A stretch of 64,000 nucleotides of DNA from Alkalispirochaeta sp. (GCA_965601925.1 OZ271854.1:4896001-4960000), one strand, 5' to 3'. Shown: positions 8,373 to 17,768, numbered from the stretch's first letter. Numbers and translations: made by a program. The notes: generated from the sequence alone by a model not told the origin.

Positions 8373-9836
8373 TTATACGCTCGCCGTCGTGAAGGCGCCG
8401 AGCTTGGCAACCTCGACGGCGAAGGTGCCGCCGAGGTCTTCGGTCTTTAACTCGTATCCGGTGATGGAGCCGGGTTGATCGACGCGCTCGATCGTAAGCG
8501 AGGCGTAGCGCGCGCCGGCGTCGAAGACGACCTTGTGGAGCTCGGCGACGCTTATTACGTCGGTGGCGCCCTGCTCGTCGTCGTACTGGCGCGGGTAGCG
8601 CGACAGAAAGTAGGTACGCAACGCCTCATCCACCGATTGCAGGGTGGCACCGCTGCGCGTGTCCAACTGAAAGGAGTCGGCGACCACGTTAAAGACGACC
8701 TCGGTCACCGCGCGCGCCTCGACGCGTGCGCCGAGTGGGCGACGTTCGGTGGCCGAGACGTACGCCTCGACCTCGTCCAGCTTCACCGTATCGGGGACGC
8801 GATCGTTCTCGCCCTCCCCCACCAGCGGATAGACGTTGACCTGCCCCGGTGCCGGGGAGTACGCGAAGGCGCGAACCACCCCGGGTACCTCGAGCGCCCA
8901 CGCGACGTAGTCGGCAGCAGCTCCGCCCTGGGGACGGTCGCGACGGCGCTGCCGTACTCGGCGGCGAAACTCCTCGACCGTTTCGGCGTCCTCGCCGACC
9001 GTGGGGCGCAGAGCCTCCGGTATCTCCCACGCCGCGACGGCGGTCGCCGCGGCATCGACACCCGCCGGCGGCGCCGTCAACGATACCGTCTCGCCGGCAG
9101 GAATCGCCTCCAAGCGTTCCGGATCGACCGGGAGGAGTACCGCGACGGCGCGCCACACCGTTACCGGGTCGGCCGGGTCGCCGGTGGGCGCGAGCGCGAC
9201 GGTCTCCTCGACGCGATACCGGTGTTCGACCGGTTGGCCGTCGATTACTTCGCTGTAGGTGAGAAGATCTCCCGCCGGAACCGTTGCCGCACCGGAGCCG
9301 GTTATGCGCGCGGCGCTGCGCACGATGACGGTCGCGTCGCGCTCGACCCCGGTCATGGGAGTGACCAGAGAGACGACCTTGCCCGATCCCAGGGTACCGG
9401 CGTCGCCCGCCTCATCGGCTACGAGGGTAATTACGGCGCTCGGCGGCGCGCCGGCAGGCTCCGCATGAGCGACCAGGGTAACGTCGGCCTCCGTGTAGTA
9501 GGTGTTGCCGCCGAATCGGTAGGGCCTGCCAGCGGGGATGGTCGTTCCTGCAGCCCCGGTAACCACGGCGAAGCCGCGCCACGCTACCGCCGGCTTTGGG
9601 GTGAGGCCGTCTTCGGCGCCGCGCTCCACCAGCGCTTCGGCGTCGCAGGTGGCGACGAAGATCTGTCGCCTGACCCACAAACCGAAGCGGTAGAGGAGCG
9701 CCACCGCGCCCGCTTGGGCGGTCGCAAGGACGCGCCACACGGCGCGTGAGAGGAGCGGTGTTTGGGTACCCGTCGCCCCTTCGATATCGGCCAGGATGGA
9801 ATCGCGAATTTCGGTCACCGTCGGTATCGTCTTCAC
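8373..9836 (-). CDS. Baseplate J / Mu gp47 family protein, copy 2 (internally expanded)
   Basis: IPTVTEIRDSILADI...QIFVATCDAEAL...GEDAETVEEFRRRV...PQGGAAADYVAWALEVPGV. Confidence 0.9.
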   Translation of the reverse strand: MKTIPTVTEIRDSILADIEGATGTQTPLLSRAVWRVLATAQAGAVALLYRFGLWVRRQIFVATCDAEALVERGAEDGLTPKPAVAWRGFAVVTGAAGTTIPAGRPYRFGGNTYYTEADVTLVAHAEPAGAPPSAVITLVADEAGDAGTLGSGKVVSLVTPMTGVERDATVIVRSAARITGSGAATVPAGDLLTYSEVIDGQPVEHRYRVEETVALAPTGDPADPVTVWRAVAVLLPVDPERLEAIPAGETVSLTAPPAGVDAAATAVAAWEIPEALRPTVGEDAETVEEFRRRVRQRRRDRPQGGAAADYVAWALEVPGVVRAFAYSPAPGQVNVYPLVGEGENDRVPDTVKLDEVEAYVSATERRPLGARVEARAVTEVVFNVVADSFQLDTRSGATLQSVDEALRTYFLSRYPRQYDDEQGATDVISVAELHKVVFDAGARYASLTIERVDQPGSITGYELKTEDLGGTFAVEVAKLGAFTTASV

Positions 9837-10231
9837 GTGAGCGCTCCTCTCAGGGCGTCCCAGTTGTGGGCGAATCGATACGTGTCGGCGCCTTGATGGA
9901 CGGTTACCGTAATCTCCAGGGCGGTCGCAGAGACGATGCGTGCCACGACGTCAATCCGATCCGCCACCTTCTCGTCGGTCATCCACGCGAGCGCCGCCTT
10001 GGCCGCCTCGATCGCGTCGAGGCGCAGTTGATTGGTAAGGGTGCCGGAGAGCAGTTTCGGCAGGCGCGAGTCGTAGCGCTCCGCAGGCGACGCGATCTCA
10101 TTTCCCCACCACGATTCGGTAAAGAGGGAGAGATAGACCGCGTTGTCCAGCCCGCCGGTAAGGCGCGGTTCGCCGTTCTCGATAACAATGTCCGCCCCGT
10201 CGGGCGTGGGATGAAGGTATAGATCTGACAT
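9833..10231 (-). CDS. Mu gp46-like baseplate protein
   Basis: GLDNAVYLSLFT...WWGN...SRL...AKAALAWM. Confidence 0.85.
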   Translation of the reverse strand: MSDLYLHPTPDGADIVIENGEPRLTGGLDNAVYLSLFTESWWGNEIASPAERYDSRLPKLLSGTLTNQLRLDAIEAAKAALAWMTDEKVADRIDVVARIVSATALEITVTVHQGADTYRFAHNWDALRGALT

Positions 10232-10234
10232 ACG

Positions 10235-10855
10235 CTAATCCGTTGTAACCTTTGACGATTCAGACCCAGAGATGTCGATCGATGTCGCGGGGGCAGCCCC
10301 GGCTCCGAAGCCGCTCGTACCGCCACCGGTGGTCACTCCGCTGTGCGCGTGACCGGTAATCGCACCGGCAATCGCGGCGTCGACCGATCTTTGAAACAAA
10401 TCGAGCGCGTTCTTCAACTCCTCGTACGTTACCAACGGCTTTCCGCTCCCGTCGCTGCCCAACTTGATCGTCTCGGCGTTCACCGTAACGTTTCCGCCGC
10501 TCACCGTTATCTCCCCGGAACCCCCGTCGGCGTCGACGGTAATCGACCCGTCGGTGCCGAAGCGCGCCGAAGCCTTTACCGCCTCCCCCGCCTCGTCGGT
10601 GGAGTAAACCACCAGCTCGCCGGGCTCGACCGGCACCTCGATCTTGTAGTTGTGCACCGCAATGACGATGCGTCCACCCTGGCCGACCGGCACCGAGAGG
10701 GCGCTGTCCCCGGGCGTGGGTGATGACGCGATCCCCGGTGGCGCGTAGAGCTCCGCGGTGCGCTCCTGACTGTCGGCGCCGGTAATCTGTACCACCACGT
10801 TGGGGGCGGTCGCGGTGCCGCGCGTGTCAATCGCGGCGCCGGTAACCTCGTTCAT
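10235..10855 (-). CDS. Baseplate spike, Mu gp45-like
   Basis: PPGIASSPTPGD...GELVVYS OB-fold/beta-helix pattern and C-terminal HAHSGV metal-binding tip; lies between gp44 and gp46. Confidence 0.8.
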   Translation of the reverse strand: MNEVTGAAIDTRGTATAPNVVVQITGADSQERTAELYAPPGIASSPTPGDSALSVPVGQGGRIVIAVHNYKIEVPVEPGELVVYSTDEAGEAVKASARFGTDGSITVDADGGSGEITVSGGNVTVNAETIKLGSDGSGKPLVTYEELKNALDLFQRSVDAAIAGAITGHAHSGVTTGGGTSGFGAGAAPATSIDISGSESSKVTTD

Positions 10856-10860
10856 GTGTC

Positions 10861-11931
10861 CTATCCCCGCCACGGCAACGCTCCCGGTTTGATATCGGCG
10901 TCGTCGTACGCCTCGGGTATCGATAGTTCCAAATCGGCCTCCTGTCCCTCCTCGGCGTCCATGCGGAGGGTGACGCGACTCACAATGAAGCGCGCCGAAC
11001 GGTAGATCATCGCCCCCGGTGAGGTAAGACGCACGATTTCGCCGGGCTCCCACAGATCGCGACCGTGGGTCCACCCCGAGACGGTGACGTAGAGTCGGAA
11101 CGAGTCGATGAGGGCGCGATTGCGCTCAAAAGTCGCCGCCGCGTTGATGTCCTGCGTCTGCTGCGTGAGACGCCGCACGCGGCGCCCCCGCACCTCGACT
11201 CCGAGCCGCTCGGGATCGCTTGCTGCGGCACTCACGATGGGGACCGAGTCGGTGTGCCCGTAGACCACGTACTCCTGAAAGCGCTTTGTCGCATCGAAGG
11301 AAGAGGAGATCATGCGCATGGGCGACAACCCCTCCTCCAGCTCCACCGTTGCGCGCCGCCGACTACTGAAGCGTACGAAGGAGAGCGACCCGTCGCGTTG
11401 CGGTGAAGCAAAGAGTCCGTGCCCGGCGGCGAGGCCCGAAAGCACTTCATAGACCGTGTCGCCCGCCTCGAACTCGACGATGGGCAGCCGCGGCGTGTCG
11501 GGGCGCGCGACGACGCGGTGCGGGTGTGCGAGCTCGCGCGCCACGGTGTTGAAGGTCACATCTTGGAACTCGTAGCCGCGCCCCGGCCCCCCGGCGCTCC
11601 AGTCCAGGAGCACGCCGCTCTTCCCGCGCCCCTCCACGGAGAGGGAGCGCTCGTCCCCCGCGACCTCCGTCGTCAAACGCTCGACGTAGCCGGTAAGCAC
11701 CACCTCGTTGTCGATGAATATCCGCACCTCCGCAGGGGAGAAAGGTACGAAGCGTGCACGATTAACGGCTGTAGGGTCCCAGTCCAGGGTGAGACGGTAC
11801 GCGTCGGCGCACGAGTCGATAGCGCGGGTGACGACGACGCTCGACCACCCCGTGACTCGCTCTCGGGTCTCCGATAGTCCGACCCAGACCTCGGGCGTCC
11901 CTTCGACCGATGCGGGAGTGCGGTCAGACAT
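10861..11931 (-). CDS. Baseplate hub, Mu gp44 (gpP)-like
   Basis: GWSSVVVTRAID...VLTGYVE...VEGRGKSGVLLD...RFQEYVVYG...TVSGW...LWEPG. Confidence 0.9.
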   Translation of the reverse strand: MSDRTPASVEGTPEVWVGLSETRERVTGWSSVVVTRAIDSCADAYRLTLDWDPTAVNRARFVPFSPAEVRIFIDNEVVLTGYVERLTTEVAGDERSLSVEGRGKSGVLLDWSAGGPGRGYEFQDVTFNTVARELAHPHRVVARPDTPRLPIVEFEAGDTVYEVLSGLAAGHGLFASPQRDGSLSFVRFSSRRRATVELEEGLSPMRMISSSFDATKRFQEYVVYGHTDSVPIVSAAASDPERLGVEVRGRRVRRLTQQTQDINAAATFERNRALIDSFRLYVTVSGWTHGRDLWEPGEIVRLTSPGAMIYRSARFIVSRVTLRMDAEEGQEADLELSIPEAYDDADIKPGALPWRG

Positions 11932-12109
11932 CGCGCTCCTCGTCCGCCGGCTTCTCCCGCGCCGCCCACCTGGCTGAGCCCGCCTCGCGGTTGCGGAGCT
12001 CCGCCGCCAATCGGTAACGTTGCAGCGTCTTTCCGAAGATCGCCTCGTCTACCTCCACGAAACGTTCGACCTCATTGGTTTCCGCGTCATAGAGTTCGAC
12101 CGTCCTCAT
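11924..12109 (-). CDS. Small hypothetical protein after fibre B (possible fibre chaperone)
   Basis: 61 aa, overlapping both neighbours (translational coupling). Confidence 0.55.
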   Translation of the reverse strand: MRTVELYDAETNEVERFVEVDEAIFGKTLQRYRLAAELRNREAGSARWAAREKPADEERDV

Positions 12110-13137
12110 ACCGTGTACCTTCCTGCGTGGAGATAGAGGTGGGTGCCTACGTCGGGACCGTGAGTATCGAGGCCTGTGCGGGGGTCACCGTTAACACCAT
12201 CCGAGAATGGATCGGTGGCTCGAACTGTATTAGCGCCGTCGCTACCGTTGGAATCGCGCAAGAGTCCGATAGCGCCGCCGGGTGTAGTATCGGCTACCGT
12301 TTTGACACGATAATCGGGCGCGCCGCTTCCGTAAGAACCGGCTTCCAACCGAGTGTGATGCCCTTGAAACCGATCCCGCCGCATCAATCCCGAAATCGTC
12401 TCCTCGGTGCCGGCGCCGACCGGTAGGCGACCGCGCCACGAGTGGACGCGCGCCGTCGCGGTACTTCCGGCGACGCGATGGGGATAGATCGTCACCTCCG
12501 TTGCGTCCGTCGCCGGAGTACCGGCGACGGTAATCGAAGGTGTCAGCGGGTCGACCGCCGTGATCTCGTAGGTCACCCCGCCGATATCGACGCTCCGCCA
12601 GTCAGTGAAGGAGTCAAAGGCGAGCTGATCCTCCGCAAGCGCGGCGATGAGGTCGTTGTTCACAGGCGTACCGGCGAGGGTGAAGGTGGCGCCGGAAACC
12701 GAACCGGCAAAGCTCGCAACCTCGCCCGCCTGTCCTTCCAGATAGACGACGCGCTGGTACCGTAGCCACGGCACCAGGTCGGGCCAGTTGGCATCATTCA
12801 CGATCTTGGAGCCGGCAAAGTCGGTGAGACAGAGGCGCGGATGGAACGCCGAGGCATCGCTCTTGTCGAAGGGTGAGGGCGGTACGACGTTACCGGCCCT
12901 GGCGATGACGTCGCCCACCTTGTGGCCATAGCGGATGACCATACCGGCGATGGCCGCCTCGACACTGTGCTCCTGCCCCGGCGCCTCGCCGAGGCCCATC
13001 GCCTCTTGGATACCGATAAGCTCGTCCTGGACGTCGTTGCCGTAGTCCGCCGTGTATACCGTACCGTTGGGGTTGGTGAGCTCGTCGTAGTCGACAAAGG
13101 CGTTGTCTACGTGCCCCGGTCCCGCGATGCGTCGCAT
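12106..13137 (-). CDS. Tail fibre-like protein (fibre B)
   Basis: Anchor GTVYTADYGNDVQDELIG; tip DRFQGH...DGVNGDPRTG; paralogue of fibre A. Confidence 0.75.
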   Translation of the reverse strand: MRRIAGPGHVDNAFVDYDELTNPNGTVYTADYGNDVQDELIGIQEAMGLGEAPGQEHSVEAAIAGMVIRYGHKVGDVIARAGNVVPPSPFDKSDASAFHPRLCLTDFAGSKIVNDANWPDLVPWLRYQRVVYLEGQAGEVASFAGSVSGATFTLAGTPVNNDLIAALAEDQLAFDSFTDWRSVDIGGVTYEITAVDPLTPSITVAGTPATDATEVTIYPHRVAGSTATARVHSWRGRLPVGAGTEETISGLMRRDRFQGHHTRLEAGSYGSGAPDYRVKTVADTTPGGAIGLLRDSNGSDGANTVRATDPFSDGVNGDPRTGLDTHGPDVGTHLYLHAGRYTV

Positions 13138-13177
13138 AGCCTACTCCCTCCCCGATCGTGCGGGCCGTGTCGCGCAA

Positions 13178-14254
13178 TTAGACATAGCGCCCCGCGTGGA
13201 TATAGATGTGTGCCGCCGCCGCCCGCGGCTCGGTGTGGGGACCTATGCGGGGGGTGCCGTTGGTGCCGTCGGTGACGGGAGCGTTCACATGTATATCGTT
13301 GATAGTGTTGACACCCACCGCATCTCCTTGTATCGGAGAACTTTGCCCGAATCCGGCTAAAAAAATTCGGTGATTATGTCCCTGAAACCGATCGCGCCGC
13401 CGGAGCCCCGCCGTCAGCGTGTCGATACCGGCGCCGACTACTGCGCGTCCCCGGAGCGAATAGAGCCGCACCGTATCGGTGGTGCTGGCGATGCGGTGGG
13501 GATAGATCTCGATCGCGGCGTCGATCGTCCCGGAGCCGGCGCCGCCGGCCGTCAGAGCGTCAATTTCGATGCGGTTATCGGCGCCGCCCGGGACGTAGTG
13601 CACGGCGGTGATACGGTAGCTGCCAAGAGGGAAAGGGCCGATCGGGGTGGGCAGCGTGACTGAACGCCACGCATCGTACGTCCCGCCGTACTCGTCGGTG
13701 TGCACGCGTGCGTCCTCCGCAAGTGCACCGATCACCGCATCCTCCGCCGGTCCGCCGGCAATCGACAGCGTCCCGGCCGTGCCGCTCTTCTCCCACGCCG
13801 TGACGCCGAACTGCGTCGTCACGCCGCCCGCGCCGTCGCGATAGACCGCACGGTAGTTGTAGAGGCGACTGAAGAGTCCCGGCGCGCCCCCGAAGTCGGG
13901 GAAGTTGGCCGCCGCAATCGTCCTCGTCGTCGCGAAATCGGTGAGGCACACCGCCGGAAAGTAGGTGTGAGGACTACCGGGGTCGAAGGGTACCGGCGGC
14001 CGGACGTCGCCCGCCGCCGCAAAGAGCTCGCCCACCGGCTTACCGTGTTCCTTTACGATGCGAATCATACCGGCAAGGACGTGGCGGTCGGTCCCCGGCG
14101 CCTCGCCGAGACCGGCGTACTCCTGGATACCGATGAGCTCGTCCTGAACGTCGTTGCCGTAGTCCGCCGTATATACCGTACCGACAGGGTTGGTTGCCGC
14201 GTCGTAGTCGACAAACCGGTTGGCGACATTTCCCGATCCCGCAATGCGTCGCAT
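13178..14254 (-). CDS. Tail fibre-like protein (fibre A)
   Basis: MRRIAGSGNVANRFVDYD...NDVQDELIG; tip DRFQGHNH...DGTNGTPRIGPHTEPR; AGGAG RBS; follows gp48 copy 1. Confidence 0.75.
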   Translation of the reverse strand: MRRIAGSGNVANRFVDYDAATNPVGTVYTADYGNDVQDELIGIQEYAGLGEAPGTDRHVLAGMIRIVKEHGKPVGELFAAAGDVRPPVPFDPGSPHTYFPAVCLTDFATTRTIAAANFPDFGGAPGLFSRLYNYRAVYRDGAGGVTTQFGVTAWEKSGTAGTLSIAGGPAEDAVIGALAEDARVHTDEYGGTYDAWRSVTLPTPIGPFPLGSYRITAVHYVPGGADNRIEIDALTAGGAGSGTIDAAIEIYPHRIASTTDTVRLYSLRGRAVVGAGIDTLTAGLRRRDRFQGHNHRIFLAGFGQSSPIQGDAVGVNTINDIHVNAPVTDGTNGTPRIGPHTEPRAAAAHIYIHAGRYV

Positions 14255-14259
14255 AGCTC

Positions 14260-14886
14260 CTACTCCCTTCCCGCTTCCATAAGTCCCGCCATACCGAGAC
14301 CCGCTTGTGCGGTCGGCTCCTGGTTCAGAATCGTGAGGCCCCCGATCACCGGCTCCATCTCCGCCGGGGCGACGCGATCCAGGAGGTTCAACAGGGCGCG
14401 CAACGCGGGGATATCCTGTACCTCCCCGGTAACGCGGTAGTACGCCACCGGATACCTCCCGTCCCTGGGGGCCCCGGGGGGATACCACACCGGATAATCT
14501 TGCGCCGCCATACGCCCCGCCATGCCGCGACCGGCCATGCGCGAGGAGGCAAACCGCACCGGCTCGATCCTCACGTTGGGAAAGGCGACCTGCACGACCT
14601 CATTGAGCGCCTCCAAGGATTGCCCCTTGCCGGCGCGAAACGCCTGAGTAACCACGGTGCGACGCGTACCGACCGGCTGCGTCGCGTCATGGGTCAGCCC
14701 CAGCTCGGCGTACCAGTCGGGCAAGGTCTCGGTCGCCGTCGAGGGTCCCGCCTCGCGGATCGAGTCGGCGAGAAAGGTCTGCGCGCGCTTCACCGAGAGC
14801 GCTATCGCATCCAACACCGCCGTCATCCCGAGGCCGAAGAGGCGCTCCGGAACGAGCCGGCGAATCATACGGGAGACTGAATCCAC
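14260..14886 (-). CDS. Baseplate wedge protein, Mu gp48/DUF2313-like, copy 1
   Basis: EAGPSTATETLPDWYAELGL...GQSLEAL...RVAPAE; follows gp47 copy 1. Confidence 0.78.
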   Translation of the reverse strand: MDSVSRMIRRLVPERLFGLGMTAVLDAIALSVKRAQTFLADSIREAGPSTATETLPDWYAELGLTHDATQPVGTRRTVVTQAFRAGKGQSLEALNEVVQVAFPNVRIEPVRFASSRMAGRGMAGRMAAQDYPVWYPPGAPRDGRYPVAYYRVTGEVQDIPALRALLNLLDRVAPAEMEPVIGGLTILNQEPTAQAGLGMAGLMEAGRE

Positions 14887-15977
14887 ACGACACCTTCCTC
14901 TTCGAGTCTTGCCAACTGGCCGACCTCCACGGTGTGGCTCGCGATCGCCACGCCGCCAGCGTTTTTGAGCGTCACCGTCGCCACCTCGGCCCCGGCGGCG
15001 ATGGCGATTGAGGTAATCTTCGCCGCCGACACGACGTCGCGCGGACCCGGCTCATCGAGATACTGCCGCGGGCGCCGGTCGTAGAGGTGGGCTTCTACCG
15101 CCGAGTCGATCGCATTCCGCACCTCTTGGGTGTTGGGCTCTAGGCCTGCGATCTCGACGCGAAAGATGAGTTCTGTGGGAGCGGCCACGGTAACTGCGGC
15201 GGCGCGAATGGGGGCCCGCCGGAGGTCGGTAACGTACGAACGCACCTCCTCGATTTTGGCCGCATTCGGTATGCGCAACGCAGGGTCCGGGTCGTCGGTG
15301 ATCGGAAAGAGGGCCAGCGACCCCGCCTCGGTGCGTACCACGTGCGCCTCGGCGATCCCCGGTACCTCGGTCGCCCACAAGACCCAGTCGGGGATAGCGC
15401 CGCCCTGGGGCGCGAGACGGCGACGGAGGCGAACCCTCGCGCGAAAGGCCTCGGTCGACTCGGCGTCCTCGCCCACGACCTCCGTCGCCAGCACCATACC
15501 CTCCGCCTCGAGCCCGGCGAGGGGCGTCACCACGGCGATCGTCGCACCGTCGGCGAGACTCGCCCCGTCGCCGCGTTCGGTCGCTTCCAACACGACGGTC
15601 GCCGAGCCCCCGGTAACGGTCACGGCATTCTGCGCGACGTACGTGCGTCCGTTACCGCGAAAAAGCCGTCCGGCGGGAACGGTCGTACCGTCGACGCCGG
15701 CCGCGCGTGCCGTGCCGCGCCACGCCACCGCCGATTTGGGTACCAGTCCCAACTCGGCGCCGCGCTCGGCGAGCGCCGCGGCATCACACGTCGCGATAAA
15801 GATCTGCCGCCGCACCCAACCGCCGAATCGATATACCAGAGCCAGGGCGCCCGCCAACGCGGTCGCCAAGATGCGCCACGTCGAGCGGGGAAGGAGCGGC
15901 GCGGCCTCGCCGGTAGCCGCCTCTATGTCGGCGAGAATCTGGTCGCGGATCTCCTGTATCGTCGGTATCCTCGTCAC
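14865..15977 (-). CDS. Baseplate J / Mu gp47 family protein, copy 1
   Basis: IPTIQEIRDQILADI...QIFIATCD...GEDAESTEAFRARV...PQGGAIPDWVLWATEVPGI. Confidence 0.9.
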   Translation of the reverse strand: MTRIPTIQEIRDQILADIEAATGEAAPLLPRSTWRILATALAGALALVYRFGGWVRRQIFIATCDAAALAERGAELGLVPKSAVAWRGTARAAGVDGTTVPAGRLFRGNGRTYVAQNAVTVTGGSATVVLEATERGDGASLADGATIAVVTPLAGLEAEGMVLATEVVGEDAESTEAFRARVRLRRRLAPQGGAIPDWVLWATEVPGIAEAHVVRTEAGSLALFPITDDPDPALRIPNAAKIEEVRSYVTDLRRAPIRAAAVTVAAPTELIFRVEIAGLEPNTQEVRNAIDSAVEAHLYDRRPRQYLDEPGPRDVVSAAKITSIAIAAGAEVATVTLKNAGGVAIASHTVEVGQLARLEEEGVVWIQSPV

Positions 15978-16034
15978 CGTACGCCCTCCGGTCTCCGGCG
16001 GTCCGCAACGATCTCCATCCCAGTCGAGATGAAA

Positions 16035-17348
16035 TCAGACATAGTAGCGGACCTCGCGTCCTCGCGGCACGAGCAAGAGCTCGTCGCCCGCGAGTTCGTT
16101 GTACTCGATGCATTCGTCCAACCGATCGAGGCTGCCGAAGAGCTCCACGGCGAGATGAATCGGCGTCGTGTCGCCCTCCAGTACTACGGTGCGCTCCGTG
16201 GGAAGCGCCAAAGCTCCATCCACGAGGGCACCGACCGCGGTAGCCATGATCGCCGCACCGTCGCGCGAGATGTCGTACGTCGGCACCCCCATGCCCTCGG
16301 CGAGGGCGTTCATCTCCCCCGCCAAAGACCGCAACTCTTCCACGGCGTTAACCGCCTCGGCGCGGGTACGAATCGGACGCTCCCCCTCGCCACCGCCGTC
16401 CAACCCCGCAACCGCCGCCTCGCTTACCGCCCCCTGGAGCGCGTAGATCTGCGCGACGGACAAGAGTCCGACCGTCCGGGCGGAGGCGATCTCATCGGCG
16501 TTCATGCGCCGGCGCTCGGCCTCCGTTGCGATATTGCGGCCGACGATCGCCGCTGCGCCGGCGGTCGGAGAGGTCAGCGCCTCGTGCAACTGGGAGAATA
16601 CCGCGCGATAGCCCGCGATCTTCTCCCGGACGTTGGTAATAGTTGTGGCGGGAATGCGATAGAGGCGCAAAAAGCTCTGGGCGAGGGCAACGGGGCTCCG
16701 GATCAGCCCCTCGATGTCGCGACTCATCGCAACGACCGCCGACTCCAACCCTCCCCGTACATCCTCGGCGAGGCCGGCGATCGCCGCAAGCTCGCGCCGC
16801 GCCGCCTCGAGTCCGCCCGCCACACTCTCGCGAAGGGCGGTCAGAGCCGACGGGTCGATGATCTCGGCGGAAGCCAAGGACGAAACGACGCTTTCGGCCA
16901 ACCTCGTGATACCGGCGGCGACCGCCTCATCGGCGGCGATGCGCGAGATAAGGTACTCGAACTTGCGCGAATCGGCGGCGACGAACTCCACCGAAAAGAG
17001 GGCACGCCCCACGCCGTTAAGAAAATGTTCGCTCTGTTGCCACGAGACCGGAAGGACTCCCTGAACGCCCCACCGCGGATGGTCGAGTACGCCCGGCCCC
17101 GCCTCATCCAACGCCGCGGCGAACCGATCCGCCTCCCGATCGTAATCGGGCCCCGAGATGTAACAGGTGACCGGATAGCGCTTGATCGCCTCTCCCAGAT
17201 CCTGGATACCGCCGGAGTTTTCGCCGACGTACTCGCTCACCACCGTGTTGCGGCCCCCGGAGCGCGTCAACTCGTCGAACTGCAGCACGAAGGTCTCGCC
17301 CGAGGCGGTGGTGTAGCGGAACGTTCGCAGGCGATCCGTGGCGCTCAC
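16035..17348 (-). CDS. Mu gpN (gp43)-like 'DNA circularization' / tube-initiator protein
   Basis: GGRNTVVSEY...IQDLG...GPDY...ALDEAGPGVLDHPRWG...FSVEFV N-domain; LysM-like C-terminus (PIHLAVELFG...N...LLVPRG). Confidence 0.88.
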   Translation of the reverse strand: MSATDRLRTFRYTTASGETFVLQFDELTRSGGRNTVVSEYVGENSGGIQDLGEAIKRYPVTCYISGPDYDREADRFAAALDEAGPGVLDHPRWGVQGVLPVSWQQSEHFLNGVGRALFSVEFVAADSRKFEYLISRIAADEAVAAGITRLAESVVSSLASAEIIDPSALTALRESVAGGLEAARRELAAIAGLAEDVRGGLESAVVAMSRDIEGLIRSPVALAQSFLRLYRIPATTITNVREKIAGYRAVFSQLHEALTSPTAGAAAIVGRNIATEAERRRMNADEIASARTVGLLSVAQIYALQGAVSEAAVAGLDGGGEGERPIRTRAEAVNAVEELRSLAGEMNALAEGMGVPTYDISRDGAAIMATAVGALVDGALALPTERTVVLEGDTTPIHLAVELFGSLDRLDECIEYNELAGDELLLVPRGREVRYYV

Positions 17349-17731
17349 GGTTTTGCCGTCCCGTAACCGGTATATATGGTGACGCCGTGGGCACTCCCCC
17401 TCCGTCGGAGGCGCGTTCCGGCGGGCAATGCCACGTTAATGTCGACGACGTGCCGCTCCTCGTTGTAGACCCGCGACTCGACGGTGCGGCCGACGCCTTC
17501 TCCATCACCGCCCGTGACTTTCGGTAGACGTACGCCGGCTGCATCGGTCGCGTCGCCCGGGGCGCCGGCGCGTCCGCTCGACGCGGGGCTCTCGTGGGAG
17601 GGCGACGGCGAGGAGGTCCCGGCCGCGTCCGACGAGGCGCTCGGCGTCGTACCGGCCCCGGACTGCTCCACGGGCGGCACCTGCCCGGCGGCGCGATCGA
17701 ATGCGTCGAAGACGGTACTTACCGCCGACAT
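17345..17731 (-). CDS. Miniature / internally deleted tape-measure-like protein (128 aa)
   Basis: Sits at the TMP position; TMP-like ends (VSTVFDAFDR...; VDINVALPAGTRL...GVTIYTGY) flank an S/A/G/P/T low-complexity linker; GTGA overlap with gpN; weak RBS. Confidence 0.5.
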   Translation of the reverse strand: MSAVSTVFDAFDRAAGQVPPVEQSGAGTTPSASSDAAGTSSPSPSHESPASSGRAGAPGDATDAAGVRLPKVTGGDGEGVGRTVESRVYNEERHVVDINVALPAGTRLRRRGSAHGVTIYTGYGTAKP

Positions 17732-17768
17732 CGAGGCGCTATCGTACGGCCCGGTATGGTACTCCGGC

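Noticed and set aside
12106..14254. Diversity-generating retroelement acting on the fibre tips
   Set aside because: There is no reverse transcriptase and no TR/VR pair differing only at adenines; the paralogues differ throughout.
15342..17366. Long plus-strand ORFs (674 aa here; also 8475-9749, 13700-14440, 25322-26440, 51442-52200) and minus-strand 62420-63511
   Set aside because: They are antisense shadows of well-supported genes, expected in high-GC DNA.
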